Positions 48,542 to 59,527 of a stretch of DNA of 64,000 nt are shown here, piece by piece. Location of the stretch: NCBI GenBank assembly GCA_965217865.1, contig CBDCJO010000002.1, positions 2,400,001-2,464,000 of the forward strand. Direction: 5' to 3'. Made by a program: the position numbers and the translations under genes. The notes under the pieces were generated by a model. The model searched no databases. It was not told the origin of the DNA and saw only the letters and a program-made list of their open reading frames with translations. The first letter of the stretch is position 1. Every line of letters starts with the position of its first letter. The stretch comes from Candidatus Latescibacterota bacterium. Its GTDB lineage: Bacteria; Latescibacterota; UBA2968; SICM01.

Positions 48542-51088
48542 TTACCGAAGAACGAAGGATGTCTGTCTGCTTACTCCAATCCCACTGTTCAGGTCCGTAA
48601 CGGTCACCTGAAGGGTATGGTCCCCCTTTTTCCCCTTCCTCAAATCCAGCGCTGTGTGGATTATCTCCTGCGTCGTCTCTCCCCTTGACTCGTGGGAGGT
48701 GGTGACCTCGTCCTCCTTCTTACGCCTTCCGATCAGCCGTCCGAGGCCCGACAGGATGGGATTACCGATGCCCCCCTTCAGCCTTCGCAGAGTATAATCG
48801 ACCCGGTAGTGCGTCCGTCCCTGTGCGTCCCGGGTGAGATTGTAAATCTCAAAGTAGAGGAAGACATCTTTATTCCGTTTGAAGGTCAGGGAAGGCATGG
48901 GGATCACCTCCAGCCCCTGTTTCACGAACTTACCTTCCTCTGTAGCCGATTCAATCCTACGGGCCATCTCGATGCCGCTCATCCGGAGGCTTTCTCCCCC
49001 ATAACCCTCCACGCGGAGGCTGTCGCGTATCACCTGCGTTCGTTTGGACTTCAGGTCTCTGACCTTCACCGCCATAAAATAGTCGCCCGGCTGCAAGTTG
49101 AACGCCGTTACATCCAGGAGCTCCTCATCGAACCCCGGCAGAACTTGGAGCGGTGAACGGTCGATGGAGCGGTGAACCTCTCGCCACATCTTGTCGTACA
49201 CGACCACCCACCGCTCCCCCGGCCATCCCTGCTCCGTCGGGGTGATCTCTTCGACGGGCACTTCAAGGTAGATCTCCACGTGTGAGCTGTCGCGGCTCCC
49301 CCGGAAGTCCACTGTGGCCACGTGAGACGTGAGCGGCTCTGTCAGATCCTCAGGCAAGTACAGCGACCGCGCCTTTGATTTGAGAGCGCGAAAGACCTGC
49401 TCGGGAGCCTCTTCGCGCACCTTGGTTCGGAACTTTCCCACTGCTGCCGTTGGAGCCATTGGAGTATAGATCGTGGGAATCGGGGCAAAGTCATAGTCAT
49501 ATCCGTGGAATTCGTCGGTGAACACAAACTCGATCCCCCCCTCGATATGAGGGTAGATCCAACTCTCCCACAACTCAGAGGTGTTTCCACCCGCCGCTAT
49601 AATGGTGTAGCCAGGCCCGTAGGCCTGTAACGGATAGACCGGACCCTGGTGGAGTCCCATGTCCGTAGTCAGATTGTTTGAATTTGAAGGGAAAAACCTA
49701 CTAAGATTATTTTTCGAAGAAAGACTGTCGACCTTGAACCTACCAGAATTACCTTTCAGAAACAAAAGGAGGTCATGGATATCCGTTCTCATTCCGCCGT
49801 AAATGCGGGTCGCTTGTCGCTGCCGCACGGCCTGTACCTTCCGGTCCATCGCCTTTTGGAAGTTGCCCTCCCACGACCGTTGCCGGAAGTATGGTTCCCC
49901 GTAGCGAATGTAGATCTCCCCACGCCGGTCCCACGGTGTCCGTCCCTTGGAGAACTGCGTCCGGGCAACCCACACGCGCCGATAGTGCTCAAGACGCCGC
50001 TTGTTAACCCCAGTTATCAAGTCTATGTCCCGCCGCGCCCAGAACTGCCGCAGAAACTCAGGGGTATCCTCCGGCTTGATGGCATTAAATGCCTCTATCT
50101 CCTCCGGCGACCCCACAAGCGAAATGTCATTGTAGAATGCTCGCTCCTGAGGGTTGACCCGGTCCAGATAGGCTCGAAACACAGCCTCCGCGGGCCCCAA
50201 CCGCTCCTTCTTCAGGTGGGCTTGCCCGATCAGGGGCAAGAGACGGATCTCGTGAGGCCGCTTCTTGAGGTAGGACATTAACACGGTAATCCCAGTGTCC
50301 TCCCCACCCGAGAGAAACTTGAGCTCCTCCCTTCGGACCAGGAGGTCCGGATCATCCGGATTTGCTTTCAGGCCGCGCTCACACCATTCGAGGGCTTCTT
50401 CGAGACCGTAAGGCTTCTGCTCAGCCCACTCGGAGAGGAGGAGGTAGGCCGGTGTGTACTTCGGATCCGCCTTCACAAGGCGCTTGAGCTCGGATCCTGC
50501 GTTCCCCTCTCCCAGGCTGTGCAGGACGAGGGCGAGTCGATAGCGGGCATCTGACATCTTCGGGTCGCGGGCAATGGCCTCCCGGAACCGGTCCGGAGCC
50601 TCCCGCTTCCGGGATCGGTCCCCCGCAGCCGCGACTATCCCCAGGCCAAACCATGACGCCGCGGAATCGTCGAGGTGGCGAGCCCGATCAAACGCCTCCT
50701 CCGCCGCATCGAGCTGTCTTCCGCCCAGATAGATCGCACCCAGAGTCCGTTGTGCGGCAGCGGCCCCTTCTGGATCCCCCGATTCCGACAGCAAGGTGGC
50801 CACCTCCACCAGCGAATCCATGTTCACCGGTTGAACTTCAGGTGACCCTTCACTCGAGGGTTCGACTCCCTGACCAAAGGCCTGGTTGCTCACTTTCACA
50901 GGCGGTGCGACGTTCATCAACGAGTCGAGCTCCGCCTGTAAGGAGTCCAGAGCCACAGCTAATGAGTCCGGGGACTCAGCGCCTGCATTGGGGGCGATGA
51001 AGGCTATCCCTGTGACCGCGAGGCTCAACGAGATGAAAAGATGAGCAATCACTCGTGCGGTTTGAGAAAAGGTGCGTGATGGACACAT
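48542..51088 (-). CDS. GWxTD-domain, TPR-containing secreted protein
   Basis: Signal peptide, TPRs, FWARRD..EHYRRVWVA..PWDRRGEIYIRYGEP, ESWIY, YFEIYNL. Confidence 0.85.
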   Translation of the reverse strand: MCPSRTFSQTARVIAHLFISLSLAVTGIAFIAPNAGAESPDSLAVALDSLQAELDSLMNVAPPVKVSNQAFGQGVEPSSEGSPEVQPVNMDSLVEVATLLSESGDPEGAAAAQRTLGAIYLGGRQLDAAEEAFDRARHLDDSAASWFGLGIVAAAGDRSRKREAPDRFREAIARDPKMSDARYRLALVLHSLGEGNAGSELKRLVKADPKYTPAYLLLSEWAEQKPYGLEEALEWCERGLKANPDDPDLLVRREELKFLSGGEDTGITVLMSYLKKRPHEIRLLPLIGQAHLKKERLGPAEAVFRAYLDRVNPQERAFYNDISLVGSPEEIEAFNAIKPEDTPEFLRQFWARRDIDLITGVNKRRLEHYRRVWVARTQFSKGRTPWDRRGEIYIRYGEPYFRQRSWEGNFQKAMDRKVQAVRQRQATRIYGGMRTDIHDLLLFLKGNSGRFKVDSLSSKNNLSRFFPSNSNNLTTDMGLHQGPVYPLQAYGPGYTIIAAGGNTSELWESWIYPHIEGGIEFVFTDEFHGYDYDFAPIPTIYTPMAPTAAVGKFRTKVREEAPEQVFRALKSKARSLYLPEDLTEPLTSHVATVDFRGSRDSSHVEIYLEVPVEEITPTEQGWPGERWVVVYDKMWREVHRSIDRSPLQVLPGFDEELLDVTAFNLQPGDYFMAVKVRDLKSKRTQVIRDSLRVEGYGGESLRMSGIEMARRIESATEEGKFVKQGLEVIPMPSLTFKRNKDVFLYFEIYNLTRDAQGRTHYRVDYTLRRLKGGIGNPILSGLGRLIGRRKKEDEVTTSHESRGETTQEIIHTALDLRKGKKGDHTLQVTVTDLNSGIGVSRQTSFVLR

Positions 51089-51875
51089 AATCTCACCCCC
51101 TTAGGAATTACAGTCCTTATGTCCAAGAAAGACAATTTTCATCGAACATCTACTACATATACTGAACCGTGCTCTTTCGCCACAAAAAGCTCGACGCTAC
51201 GGATCGATCCAACCTGTTTATGCGTTCATCTACCGTTTTCATGTTGCCCCCCACGCGTTGGATGTGCTTCAAGGCGTGAATCCTTACAGCTCATAATGCC
51301 GCCATCGCCACCTTTACAGCATCCTCAGCTTATCCCGCTCGTACATGAAAAATGTACGGGACGTATTTATGGGGGGGCAATGGTTAACAAGGAAGGAGCG
51401 TCAAGCCTAGAACCAAAAGTTGTACGATATTTAACACTTTGGACGGAAACCGGCACCAAATTGGTATACGACGACAAAGCGCGATGGACCTCTGTCCGGG
51501 GGGGACAAAATTGGGCTTGGAGATCAATGCCAAGGGGTTAACACCCCTTAATTTTTCCTTCTTGTCCCTTTTTAAACCTTGTAAGTCACCAAAAAGTTCC
51601 ATATCTATCTCGCACGGTCGGCCCGGAGAAGAGGGCCCCTTTCACAACCGTCGATTCCAGTCTGAAAACCAACGTAGCCCGCGCAGCGATTGCGGCTAGA
51701 TCACGAATATATTACTGGGCACACATCGGGGTTTTCCAGATCCTCGGTGCAAGGCCAAGGAAGCGTGGCCAGTTGCTGTGATTTTTCCGTGCGCAGATGC
51801 AAAGCAGGGATATCCTCTCGACTCAAAATGCCAAAAGCCAGCATCCTTCAAGACACGTTGACGGGGAATTTTTGT

Positions 51876-51904
51876 TTGATTTCAACCTGTTGAGGGCGTA
51901 TATT
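51876..51904 (+). promoter_or_regulatory. Putative sigma70 promoter of hflKC
   Basis: TTGATT-17 bp-TATATT. Confidence 0.4.
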
Positions 51905-52001
51905 GTTCCGAAGTTCCGGGTGATCTCGACGGTTTTGCGTAGATTTTTCGTCATTGATTCACCAGATCGGTTCAATCAACGGGAAAAGGAGAGTGCTTTT
52001 T

Positions 52002-52985
52002 ATGGCCGATAATATGCCTTTCGATTTAAGAGATTTCAAGCCGCCGAACATTCAAGCCCGGACGTTTGTTTGGATTGTGCTGGGAATCCTGATCCTGATC
52101 CTTCTGTTTTCTTCCTGGTTCACTGTGGACCCTGAAGAGGTGGGAGTGGTTCTGCGCTTCGGAGAGTTTGTCCGCCAGGAGGAGCCTGGTTTACATATCA
52201 AAATCCCCTTCGGCGTCGAAACCGTTACCAAAGTTCCTGTTGAGCGGCAATTAAAGGAGGAATTTGGATTTCGGACCCAACTTGCGCAGATTCAAACCCA
52301 ATATTCTTCCCACCGGAGTTATCAGGAAGAATCATTGATGTTGACGGGAGACCTGAATGCGGCGCAGGTGGAATGGATTGTTCAGTATCGCATCAAAGAC
52401 CCGTATAAATATTTGTTCCGGGTCAGGAACGCACGCAAGACTTTCCGCGACATCAACGAGGCGGTTATGCGTGAAGTGGTCGGAGACCGCACCGTGAATG
52501 AGGTGTTGACGATCGGTCGGCAGGAAATCGAACACGCAGTTGCGGTGAATCTGCAGGCCCTGTGCGACCAGTACGACACGGGGATCAAAGTGGACCAAGT
52601 GGTCCTTCAGGACGTGAATCCTCCCGATCCGGTGAAACCCGCGTTCAATGAGGTGAACGAAGCGCAACAGGAGCGCGAGAAATTGATCAACCAGGCGCGC
52701 TCGGCATACAATCAGGTGATTCCCAAGGCCCGGGGCGAGGCCGCCCGGACAATCGAAGAGTCCAAGGGTTATGCACTGGAACGGGTCAACCAAGCCCGGG
52801 GGGAAGCGTCCAAATTCAACTCCGTATTCAGGGAGTATTTGCGGGCAAAAGATGTCACCCGGCAGCGAATTTACCTGGAGACGATGAATAAAGTCATGCA
52901 AAATGTCGGTCGAAAATTGATTACGGACGAAAAGGCCTCCGGGATTCTCCCTCTGTTCCAGTTCCAAAAGGAGGAAAGAAGATGA
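52002..52985 (+). CDS. hflK: FtsH protease modulator HflK
   Basis: TM and SPFH domain, MLTGDLN, VKPAFNEV, IPKARGEA, RIYLETM; AGGAG RBS. Confidence 0.92.
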   Translation: MADNMPFDLRDFKPPNIQARTFVWIVLGILILILLFSSWFTVDPEEVGVVLRFGEFVRQEEPGLHIKIPFGVETVTKVPVERQLKEEFGFRTQLAQIQTQYSSHRSYQEESLMLTGDLNAAQVEWIVQYRIKDPYKYLFRVRNARKTFRDINEAVMREVVGDRTVNEVLTIGRQEIEHAVAVNLQALCDQYDTGIKVDQVVLQDVNPPDPVKPAFNEVNEAQQEREKLINQARSAYNQVIPKARGEAARTIEESKGYALERVNQARGEASKFNSVFREYLRAKDVTRQRIYLETMNKVMQNVGRKLITDEKASGILPLFQFQKEERR

Positions 52986-53923
52986 AAGCCGTCTGGGGGG
53001 TTCTCGGGCTGATCGTATTGATTGTCGTCATATCATCAGCGTATGTGGTACAAGAGACCGAACAGGTCGTGATTACACAATTCGGAAAACCGGTTGGGGT
53101 TCCGATTACCGATCCGGGGCTTAAGTTTAAAGTTCCGATCATCCAGGTCGCCCATTTTTTTGAAAAGCGGTTTTTAGAATGGGACGGGGATCCTAACCAG
53201 GTGCCGACCCGAGACAAGAGATTTATCTGGGTGGACACCTATGCGCGTTGGCGGATCGCGGACCCTCTGCTGTTCTTTCAGAGGGTTCGGGACGAGCGCA
53301 GGGCCCAGTCCCGGTTGGACGATGTCCTGGACGGAGAGACCCGGAATGCGATCGCAAAGCACGATCTTGTCGAAGTCATCCGTACTTCCAACCGGACACC
53401 AAAGGCCAGCCAAGACCTGACCGAAGGGGAGGAGGCCGAGACCTTTCCTCGTATCGATATCGGGCGTGAAAAGATCACGCGCGGGATTCTGGAAACGGCT
53501 GCTCCGCGTACCGCGGAGCTCGGTATCGAACTGCTGGACCTTCGGTTCAAACGAATCAAGTATGTGGAGGAAGTTCAGAAGAAGATCTTCGAACGGATGA
53601 TTTCGGAGCGACAACGAATCGCGGAAAAATTCAGGTCTGAAGGTCAGGGTGAGGCGAGCAAGATCATGGGCGATAAAGAGCGCGACCTGAAACAGATTCA
53701 ATCCGAGGCCTACAAGACCGCGCAGGAGATCATCGGGAAGGCGGACGGTGAAGCCGTGGCGATCTACGCGAGGGCCTACAATCAGAGCCCAGAGGCGCGT
53801 GATTTTTACGGTTTCTTGAAGACTATGGAGACTTACCAGACGACGTTGCTGGATAAGGACTGGCTGATTTTATCCACCAAGGGAGACTTTTTAAAATACC
53901 TTCAAGACCAAAGGGGGAGATAG
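52982..53923 (+). CDS. hflC: FtsH protease modulator HflC
   Basis: ITQFGKP, RMISERQRIA..RSEG; overlaps the hflK stop (ATGA). Confidence 0.92.
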   Translation: MKAVWGVLGLIVLIVVISSAYVVQETEQVVITQFGKPVGVPITDPGLKFKVPIIQVAHFFEKRFLEWDGDPNQVPTRDKRFIWVDTYARWRIADPLLFFQRVRDERRAQSRLDDVLDGETRNAIAKHDLVEVIRTSNRTPKASQDLTEGEEAETFPRIDIGREKITRGILETAAPRTAELGIELLDLRFKRIKYVEEVQKKIFERMISERQRIAEKFRSEGQGEASKIMGDKERDLKQIQSEAYKTAQEIIGKADGEAVAIYARAYNQSPEARDFYGFLKTMETYQTTLLDKDWLILSTKGDFLKYLQDQRGR

Positions 53924-53967
53924 TCAGAGGCCAGAGTTCGGAGGTCGGATGTCAGGGAAACCAGTTG

Positions 53968-54180
53968 TAGCTCTTGCCCGCCGACACGCGGGGCCTCTTT
54001 CAACAAGAGATCGCGGGCAGCCCGATTAGGCCCTTCTCCACGCAGGCCATGCTGGGCCACATACTCGCCGAGCCGCACGAGAGAATCCTTGAGTACCTGC
54101 GCATTGACGTACGTATGTGCAAAGACGGCTTGCGGGTGGATCGCGACGCTGTCCTGACGCTTCTTGAACCGCGAGCCGAA
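53968..54180 (-). pseudogene. Internal fragment of a TM0106/RecB-like nuclease-helicase
   Basis: HPQAVFAH..LVRLGEYVAQHG..RAARDLLLKEAPR. Confidence 0.45.
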
Positions 54181-54346
54181 CGACCTCCGAGGCTTGCTCG
54201 ATGACGAACCTGCGGATGGCTGCACCGATGGCGGTGTGAGCCTCTTTTCATGTGTGGGGTGACGGGCCTGCCAGCTTCGGAACGAATTTCAGTTTCAACT
54301 ATGGTGGCGGGTTGAAGGTGGCGTTGATCGAACCCGCGGCGAGCAT

Positions 54347-54742
54347 GTGGAGGAGCCGGAAATGAATACGCCCGTGGAAGATCTCGATCCGATACCCGAC
54401 GTGTCCACTCGGGACTGGCGGTACTGGAGGACGCCCGTGCTGTTCGGGGCGGGATTCTGCGCCCTCCAAGTCGCCCTCTTCGTAGTGCGGTTCGGCTTCA
54501 GGGATGCAAGCACGGCTGGTCCCGTCGCTTGGGTCCCGGTCCCTTTTGGCCTCGTCTTATTCTTCGCAGGTGGCTTGTTGGTCGGGTTGCTCGCTCAGCG
54601 GCTGGTGCGAGGATGCCACGGTGCGTGGCGGACCTTCCTGCTTGTGGCGATTGCCATAGCCACTCCCTTCGCCGTCGTGTTGGTCGGGATTCCCGTACTG
54701 ATCCGAAAGGTATGGTTGTGGCGAAAACACAAAGGGACTTAG
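54347..54742 (+). CDS. Hypothetical membrane protein
   Basis: Three hydrophobic segments; GGAGG RBS before the Met at 54362. Confidence 0.5.
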   Translation: MEEPEMNTPVEDLDPIPDVSTRDWRYWRTPVLFGAGFCALQVALFVVRFGFRDASTAGPVAWVPVPFGLVLFFAGGLLVGLLAQRLVRGCHGAWRTFLLVAIAIATPFAVVLVGIPVLIRKVWLWRKHKGT

Positions 54743-55002
54743 GGATTACTGGGGCGGCCCATACGGAACCGCGCTCATCGAAATACAGGCAGCTGATTTG
54801 ACACAACGGTTTGGTCGCGGATTTTCTCGACAAAACATACTGCAAGATGCACCTGTTTTACCTCTCATATCCACCCCCGAGCAGATTCAACGGTAATTAT
54901 ATACTTGATGCAGCCACGGGCTGGGAAATTGAATCGTTATGGGGATGGCTACAGCACTACCAGGTGTAACGCCAATTGAGGTAACAACCCCCATATCCTA
55001 GA

Positions 55003-55090
55003 TCTTCGCTGCTGGCTCTCGATCAAAATGACCGCCACCGCTACGTTTTTGGAGACTTTCTTTTGTAAGGAATTACTGGGACACGACACT
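55003..55090. repeat. Partial second copy of the 35610-35809 MITE (right part)
   Basis: CTCTCGATCAAAATGAC..GCCACCGCTACGTTTTTGGAG..GGGACACGACACT. Confidence 0.8.
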
Positions 55091-55557
55091 GATATGTATT
55101 GACCCCTGTCAAGGGCTCCGAAGGTGGTTAGTATGGGTTTATTCTTTGCATAGGTTGTTGTCCGGGGCAGAAGGGACGCTATAGCGACGGTTGATCCGAC
55201 TGATATTCGCGGGTTGGTTACCGTCTGTCCTGGGTTCGTCGCGGAGCTTCCTCAGTCTAGCGTCGAGGGTCAGCCCACTGGGGGGCGGCTCATAGTGTCG
55301 TCGAGGGTTCTCCTGACCGGCCCCTTCTGTCCCGGTTCATTCTCCATCCGCTTACGGATTCGTTGCCTGGGACGTTGATCGTGTTATGCGGCCTTTCTGA
55401 CGATGCTGCCGGGGTGTTGATGCTCCCAGGCGATGGCCCAGATGAAGCCGAGCAGCTCCCGCGCGATGGCGGTGCAGACCTTGTTCTTGGGCATCCCCCG
55501 CGCGCTCAGACGATGATACCGTCCAGAAAGTCGTTTCTGCGCCTTCCAGGCGATGGC
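55089..55557 (-). mobile_element. IS110-family remnant: transposase C-terminus (55384-55557), downstream non-coding region and right end
   Basis: AWKAQKRL..NKVCTAIARELLGFIWAIA*; end sequence TTGACAGGGGTCAATACATATCAG. Confidence 0.8.
55150..55350 (-). ncRNA. Candidate IS110 bridge/seek RNA
   Basis: Non-coding region closed by GAAGGGG/CCCTTC pairing, with segments matching the target (ACGACACTA, CGACGCTAG) and the donor end (ATATCAG). Confidence 0.6.
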
Positions 55558-55560
55558 CTA

Positions 55561-55765
55561 TATGGCGGGCGCGGTCCGTTCGGCGAGGCGTTGACTCAGC
55601 TAGTTCAGTTGTCCACCCGGCTGATCTGCCAGGAGGGTTTTGAGGCGCATCAGCGGGACCACCTGGGTGTCGATCGGTATAAACGCGGTGAAGGTCGTCG
55701 AGGCTACCGTAGCGGCTATGAGCCGGGCTATCTAGATACTGCCGAAGGCCGCCTCGAGGTCGCAT
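55561..55765 (+). mobile_element. IS256-family transposase, N-terminal fragment
   Basis: EAHQRDHLGVDRYKR..GYRSGY..LDTAEGRLEV. Confidence 0.65.
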
Positions 55766-55807
55766 ACTTTCCTATCCCCCGGAAGGCGGAAGGAAGGGGA
55801 TTGGAAG

Positions 55808-56065
55808 GTGAAACTTCTTGAAGGTGTCGTGATAGGCGTTTCGGCGGGAATTATCTTGAGTCTGTTTTTTTGGGCGAGAGACTTTGTCAAAAGACGTATC
55901 GAGAGACGCGATCAAATACGATATCTCGCCAGTTTGATAGCGAATTTCAGGGAGCTTATATACAGCGCCGAGACGATACATATTTCAGCTATAAGTCAGA
56001 AATTGACAAGAGACCAAATCCGCAAGGCGTATTACGATGACATGCGAAGGCAATTGGATCAATGA
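55808..56065 (+). CDS. Hypothetical protein with an N-terminal TM (possibly truncated)
   Basis: Hydrophobic N-terminus; AT-richer. Confidence 0.35.
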   Translation: MKLLEGVVIGVSAGIILSLFFWARDFVKRRIERRDQIRYLASLIANFRELIYSAETIHISAISQKLTRDQIRKAYYDDMRRQLDQ

Positions 56066-56505
56066 AGTGAAACTGGTATTTTTCACCGACCTCTACCCGA
56101 CCGTTCGTTTGAATGATAAAGCATACGAAGGCATATTCGGGAAATTAGAATCCATCAAATGGCTCAAGCTCCCACCAAGGACTACCTGATTTCCTGAAGA
56201 TGACTGTCTAGAATAACCACTATGCCTAAAGGCATTTCGAATACACGAACCTCCCGAATCGGAAGTTCGCAGGGACGGCGCCGCAAAGCCAAGGTAGCCG
56301 AATCCGACAAGGTCCTTCGTGATATCCTTGAAGAGAGAGAATTCAAGCGGCGCCATCACTGCGGAGGACAGACCTGCCGCAACCATGACAAATCCTTCAA
56401 GCTGCAGAACAAATCTTCGGTGGATTTGAATCATGTCAAAAGCAGAATCTCGTTTATGCGAAGCTTTCGTTCGGATGTGCACTTACACATAACGTTTCCG
56501 CAATT

Positions 56506-57640
56506 GTGCAAGATGGGCGGGAAGGATCAGCAACGACTCGACGACATGCGGCGAAGCGGGCATTGGCCCGCGACGACGCGATCGCCGAACTTCAGCCGAC
56601 GCTGGAAGAGGTCATCGCTGAGCAGGAGCGTAACCGATTGTTCATCATACTCGAAGAATTGGTTCTTTGGAAGAACACCACGAACGAAGAAGTGATCGAA
56701 CGGGCGCGGCGGGAGATCTGGCAGAGTTGGCGGCGAGCGTGCGCTGAGAATGCGGCGCAACCGAGAGCCACAGAGATTTTCGATCGTCACAAGCTCCCGG
56801 CTTTTCACGATCCGTTTGCGGGGGGTGGAGCGCTTCCGCTGGAGGCGCAGCGGCTGGGGCTGGAAGCCCATGCGAGTGACCTGAACCCGGTGGCGGTGCT
56901 GATCAACAAGGCCATGATCGAGATTCCACCGAAATTTGCCGGCCAGGCGCCGGTGAATCCGGCGGTCCGCCAGGAAAAGAACCTGATCGAGCGCGGCTGG
57001 ATGGGTGCCCAGGGACTAGCCGAAGACGTCCGCTACTACGGGCAGTGGATGCGCGAGGAAGCCGAGCGGCGCATCGGGCATCTGTATCCGAAGATCGATG
57101 TCACCGAGGAGATGGTCGCGGAGCGGCCCAACTTGGAACGCTACAAGGGCCGCAAGCTGACGGTGATTGCGTGGCTGTGGGCGCGGACGGTGAAAAGCCC
57201 CAACCCGGCGTTTGCCGATGTCGATGTGCCGCTGGCCTCGACTTTCATGCTCTCGACCAAAAAGGGCAGGGAGGCATACGTCGAGCCGGTGATTGAGGAG
57301 CAGGGCTATCGGTTCACGGTGAAGGTGGGCCAGCCGCCGGATGCGCAGACGAAGCTAGGAACCAAATCTGGTGGTAGTGGTAGTAGCTTCCTTTGTCTGA
57401 TGTCGCATGTGCCAATGCCGTTCGAGTTTTTGCGTTCCGAGGCAAAAGCGGGTCGTATGGGCGCGTGGGGGGGTGGAGCGTGACGCCATCGCCACCGACC
57501 TCCCCGACGACAATCGACCGCTACGTGAGGGCGGGACCGGAGCCACAGCCTACGCCGAGGCCGTGGGGGTGTATCTGGCGTTGGCGGTCGACAAGTGCAG
57601 CGACTACTGGTCATCAATCTGCAGTTGGCACAATTCTAAG
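56506..57640 (+). pseudogene. DUF1156-family adenine methyltransferase fragments
   Basis: [41 protein letters not shown]; jump near 57470 to YAEAVGVYLA..ICSWH; both ends missing. Confidence 0.8.
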
Positions 57641-58045
57641 CGACAGACAGCGGAAAACACCTTTGAGCCAGGAGCGCCAAGCCAGACGGTTCCGTTGAGA
57701 CGCAATCAGCCGCGTCCGTTCGACTTGGGCATACTCCGAATGACGGCCTGGATCGATTCTACGCGCCCAAATGACAGCGTTGTTCCTTATGAAGTAGTGG
57801 CTGCCGCAGCCGGAATTGGCCCACACGGACCCACCCCTAGGACCGTCCAGAGAGACCGACTTGCCATCGAAATGAACGTGCCAGCGGCTTGGGTGGAGAG
57901 ACAGCACTGTCAGATCGCCGCAACCGCAGGGGCAGCGCAGGTTGACAGTCCGGTACTTGTGACTAATCCAGAGCTCACCGGCTTTGATTGCGTCAAAATC
58001 GGGCAATACGTCTACGAAGACGGGGCGGAGTTTCACGGGCGTCAT
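57614..58045 (-). CDS. DUF6527-family protein (BubD-like)
   Basis: CPCGCG, W..FDG..VSL, CGSHYFIRNN..W. Confidence 0.75.
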   Translation of the reverse strand: MTPVKLRPVFVDVLPDFDAIKAGELWISHKYRTVNLRCPCGCGDLTVLSLHPSRWHVHFDGKSVSLDGPRGGSVWANSGCGSHYFIRNNAVIWARRIDPGRHSEYAQVERTRLIASQRNRLAWRSWLKGVFRCLSLRIVPTAD

Positions 58046-58054
58046 TCCTGCGAG

Positions 58055-59236
58055 TCAGTCTGCTGTGACAATGCACGGCGTCTCGAGCCGGAACTTGTGG
58101 AGGAACGAAGCCGACCCCGAAACATACTGTTCCGTGCGACGCCGCCACTCCATCACGGCAAGCGACGCCGCCAACGCGTTCACTTCCGGCAGCTGGACGT
58201 TGCGGTAGCCGGGGACATTGCCCTCGACTCTGGCATTCGGAATGGCATCCTTCCACGCGCGAGAGCCTGCGGCATAGGCGCTCGTCGTCACAGCCCCTCT
58301 GACGGCGTAGTCTTCCAGCGTAATGCTCACACCCGAGTCTATGAACGGGACCTCCGCCGCTGAGAGCGCGCAGTAGACGACGTTCTGACGCGGCGAATCG
58401 CCGTCGGTCAGTTGGTCGATACACACGAAGACATAGTCGACGGGATGCGCCGATAGAAACTCGGCGAACATGGACGGGCTGTCCACTCGAACAGCGTGCG
58501 GGTGGATGCCTTCCCGGAGGGAGGCATACTTGGAATGGTAGTAGTCCACTTTGCGCAGGCGCCCCTTGGGACGCGACTCAATCTCCTCGACAGTAGGTGC
58601 GCCCGGTGAGCGCATGAAGTTGTGCCAGTCAACGTCGTCGGAATCCCAAAGATGGATTTCCGCCACTGGCGTCTTCGCAATAAGGTCTAGGACGTAGGCG
58701 CCCGTTCCGCCCAAGCCGATGATCGCAATGCTCTGATCACGGATGCGATCCTGAACCGAGCCTATCGCCGCTCGTGCCTCGAAAGTGTTCGGGATCTTGA
58801 ACGGACCCCGCCTCCCGAGAGAAGCGGTTTCGGAGTAGCCGGCCGCCGACACGGCCCCGACGATCTGCTTCGCATAGCGGTGGATCAAGTCGCTCGCCGA
58901 CACGTCCTCCTTCGGGCTGTTTTGGCTACCTTTCCGGATGGAGATGTTCGACCAGGTCTTGCCGTCGCCGGCGATGTAGCTCTCAATCGGGTTCCCGTCC
59001 GCGTGGTACACGCGCCCGTCGTGCTCTTCGTCAGCGGTGATCCGCACCGCATGGACTGCGCCACCTATCCGGTCATTCGGTTTCCCGTTCATAGGGTCGT
59101 AGGACTTCTCAATGGTACAAGTGCCAACAACCCCGTCTGCAAGCAGACAAGGAACCCGGACGGCCAAGACGACGTCGGAATCGACCCTGACGGCAAACCC
59201 GGCCTGCTCAGCGAACGTGGAGAGACGGTCCCTCAC
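58055..59236 (-). CDS. ThiF/E1-like adenylyltransferase with a divergent N-terminal DUF6791/E2-like region (BubC-like)
   Basis: IAIIGLGGTGAYVLDLIAKTPV, HNFMRSPGA, KVDY, VFVCID, NVQLPEVNALAASLAV. Confidence 0.8.
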   Translation of the reverse strand: MRDRLSTFAEQAGFAVRVDSDVVLAVRVPCLLADGVVGTCTIEKSYDPMNGKPNDRIGGAVHAVRITADEEHDGRVYHADGNPIESYIAGDGKTWSNISIRKGSQNSPKEDVSASDLIHRYAKQIVGAVSAAGYSETASLGRRGPFKIPNTFEARAAIGSVQDRIRDQSIAIIGLGGTGAYVLDLIAKTPVAEIHLWDSDDVDWHNFMRSPGAPTVEEIESRPKGRLRKVDYYHSKYASLREGIHPHAVRVDSPSMFAEFLSAHPVDYVFVCIDQLTDGDSPRQNVVYCALSAAEVPFIDSGVSITLEDYAVRGAVTTSAYAAGSRAWKDAIPNARVEGNVPGYRNVQLPEVNALAASLAVMEWRRRTEQYVSGSASFLHKFRLETPCIVTAD

Positions 59237-59355
59237 GAGACATGCTCGGGGTCTACCGAGAAGCTCGTGCCGTCCTTGACTTCAACGTCCTTGCCCGGCA
59301 GGAGGACACCGTCCTCGCCTTTCAGGCTGTCTTCGTAGTCGATGCCGGGCGTGCC
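59233..59355 (-). pseudogene. C-terminal part of a (multi)ubiquitin-like protein (BubA-like)
   Basis: GIDYEDSLKGEDGVLLPGKDVEVKDGTSFSVDPEHVS*; the stop overlaps the GTG start of the E1 gene. Confidence 0.6.
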
Positions 59356-59527
59356 TTTGCCGGAAATCTTCCGGATGCAATTTCGGCCAGCATGGTGTTG
59401 TTCTTGTCGCGGTGGTTTCCGAACCTTATACTTATATAAACGAAACCGGGTTACACCCCGGACAAAAGGAACGGCCGCGCTCCCGAGAGTACGCGGCCTT
59501 GTCCCATTAACTAACTAATTTACAAGA

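Noticed and set aside
51440-51480. sigma54 promoter (CGGCACCAAATTGGT)
   Set aside because: The -12 element reads GT instead of GC, and no gene follows closely
56093-56500. ORFs on both strands (129 aa and 157 aa)
   Set aside because: No recognisable motifs, and the region lies between junctions, so neither frame can be supported
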